From NCBI GenBank assembly GCA_030704615.1, contig CM060733.1, forward strand, positions 27,962,001 through 28,026,000: a DNA stretch of 64,000 bases, written 5' to 3'. Shown in pieces: positions 62,661-64,000 of the stretch. The DNA comes from Takakia lepidozioides (taxonomy: Eukaryota > Plantae > Bryophyta). The notes beneath the pieces are model-generated. The model had not been told where the DNA came from and did not search any database. It worked only from the letters and a program-made list of their open reading frames with translations. Both the position numbers and the translations under genes were made by a program. Every line of letters starts with the position of its first letter. Within the stretch, counting starts at the first letter, position 1.

Positions 62661-64000
62661 TTAATTAACATCAATATAAGTAAATCCTCTTTATAAAATA
62701 ATTAGAAAAAGAAAACAGGGCATCGTCTTCCTCATCCTCGTGTCCAGGGGGGAGAGCGAGCTGGAGATGTGCAGTGCTTCTCAAGTTGCGGTGTGCTTTG
62801 GACTAAGCAAGAACACTACAGATCTGCTTGCAGGGACAGGGAGAAGTTTTGCATGGATCGATTGAGTGAGACAGTCTAGGCTACTGTTTGGGAGTTGTCA
62901 AATGTTTTCAGCTCCTGAGATGCTACAGTATACACCGTAGACTGCAACGTTTGGTTCTACATTTACGTCAATTTCTATATATAAATTTTGTGTTGCGTTG
63001 TGGATATGCACTGCAGGAAGTGGGTTGACTTGGAAAGAGAGTAAAGCCGAAGAGAGTGGGCCCCGAGCGGTGGAACTGGTTAGACGGTTGCTCATACAAA
63101 CAGTTCGATAATTATCTGACATCTGTTACTACTGGAAGCCTGAAAATAAATCCAACTTGTGGAAAAGTCAAGGGAAGGATAGAACTATGAATTGTTTTCA
63201 CTTTTTGATTCCCGAGGCTGTTGTGAATCAAGTGGGATCGTGCCATGAGAGCTCATGACCTCGGCATGTGACAAATTTTTCTTTTCTGCAAAGAAGCCGA
63301 TGTTTGCAGATCTTAAGAGAACTAGAACCACCGTTTCCTCAAGGTATGACGGGAGGTGAGAAGTAGGCAAGCTCGGCCTGTGCAGGAAAGGCAGAAAGTG
63401 ATACAGACGAAAGCGGGAGATGCATCACTCGGTTAGATTGGCTCTATATCTCGAGTTTCCATGCTTCTGTAGGATTTGAACATGCTTCCTCCAGTCTCCT
63501 GTTCTGGATATGGCTCTTGATAAGAGTTTGTTACCTGAGTTTCTCTTTGACTCTGCACCCAAAAGCAGATCCAAGGCTAAGCCTCGGCCGGCAGGCTGCG
63601 TTTGACATTGGTTTCTGCGTGTGGGGGTGCTCATAAAGAGGTTCTGAACAGTATTTATGCGGAAAAGTGGGTTTCCAATTCACTCGATGTCGCCCAGTGA
63701 TTCCGAATTAGTTGCCAATGAAAGCAAGCAGAGACACCATCCGCTTGGTTATGTCCGGATGAGCAGTAGTCGCAGGAGGGCAGTGACGGTCGTACTGTGG
63801 AAAGGGGATGGAATCTTAAGTGCCCTGTCTGCTACACCTCCACCTCGACGCGGAAGACGCGTCCTTCTGGCCATATGGAGACGAGTGAAGTGGGCGTCCC
63901 AGAGACTCACTAGAGCTGGGCGAACGTTTTCGAGGATAGGACGCAACACAGCGCCTTGCAAACTGGATTGGCCTGGGGAAGCTGCCAAGGAGAAACCCAA

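Noticed and set aside
62720-64000. Gene at the right edge (three same-frame minus ORFs, or a plus-strand leader)
   Set aside because: No identifiable motifs, and stops in the frames examined; may be the UTR of a gene outside the window.

Overview
Eukaryotic nuclear DNA from a non-seed land plant, probably a bryophyte or lycophyte/fern. This is inferred from spliceosomal introns, PLS-class PPR fragments, a Tcn1-type chromovirus and a peptidoglycan-binding-domain gene. Apparently intact genes: a 9-exon peptidoglycan-binding/TM/coiled-coil gene (4996-9542,+), three tandem 3-exon COMT-family O-methyltransferases (all -) and an intronless RPL30. An ABCG half-transporter pseudogene lies at the left edge. 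The rest is nested transposons. Between OMT2 and OMT3, an intron-containing, degenerate Crypton/DUF3504-type tyrosine recombinase is split by a self-priming Tcn1-like LTR element (TSD ATAGC). That element's 5' LTR is split in turn by a 5.2-kb Pack-CACTA (TSD TAT) carrying tandemly amplified PPR and OSB-type PDF-motif fragments. Further right are a 1.8-kb hAT foldback palindrome carrying two convergent tRNA-derived SINEs, several hAT MITEs with GTNNNNAC-like TSDs (one split by 18 kb of gypsy/LINE nests), and a TTAA/CCC piggyBac-type MITE. All calls come from manual reading and translation; no database searches were run.
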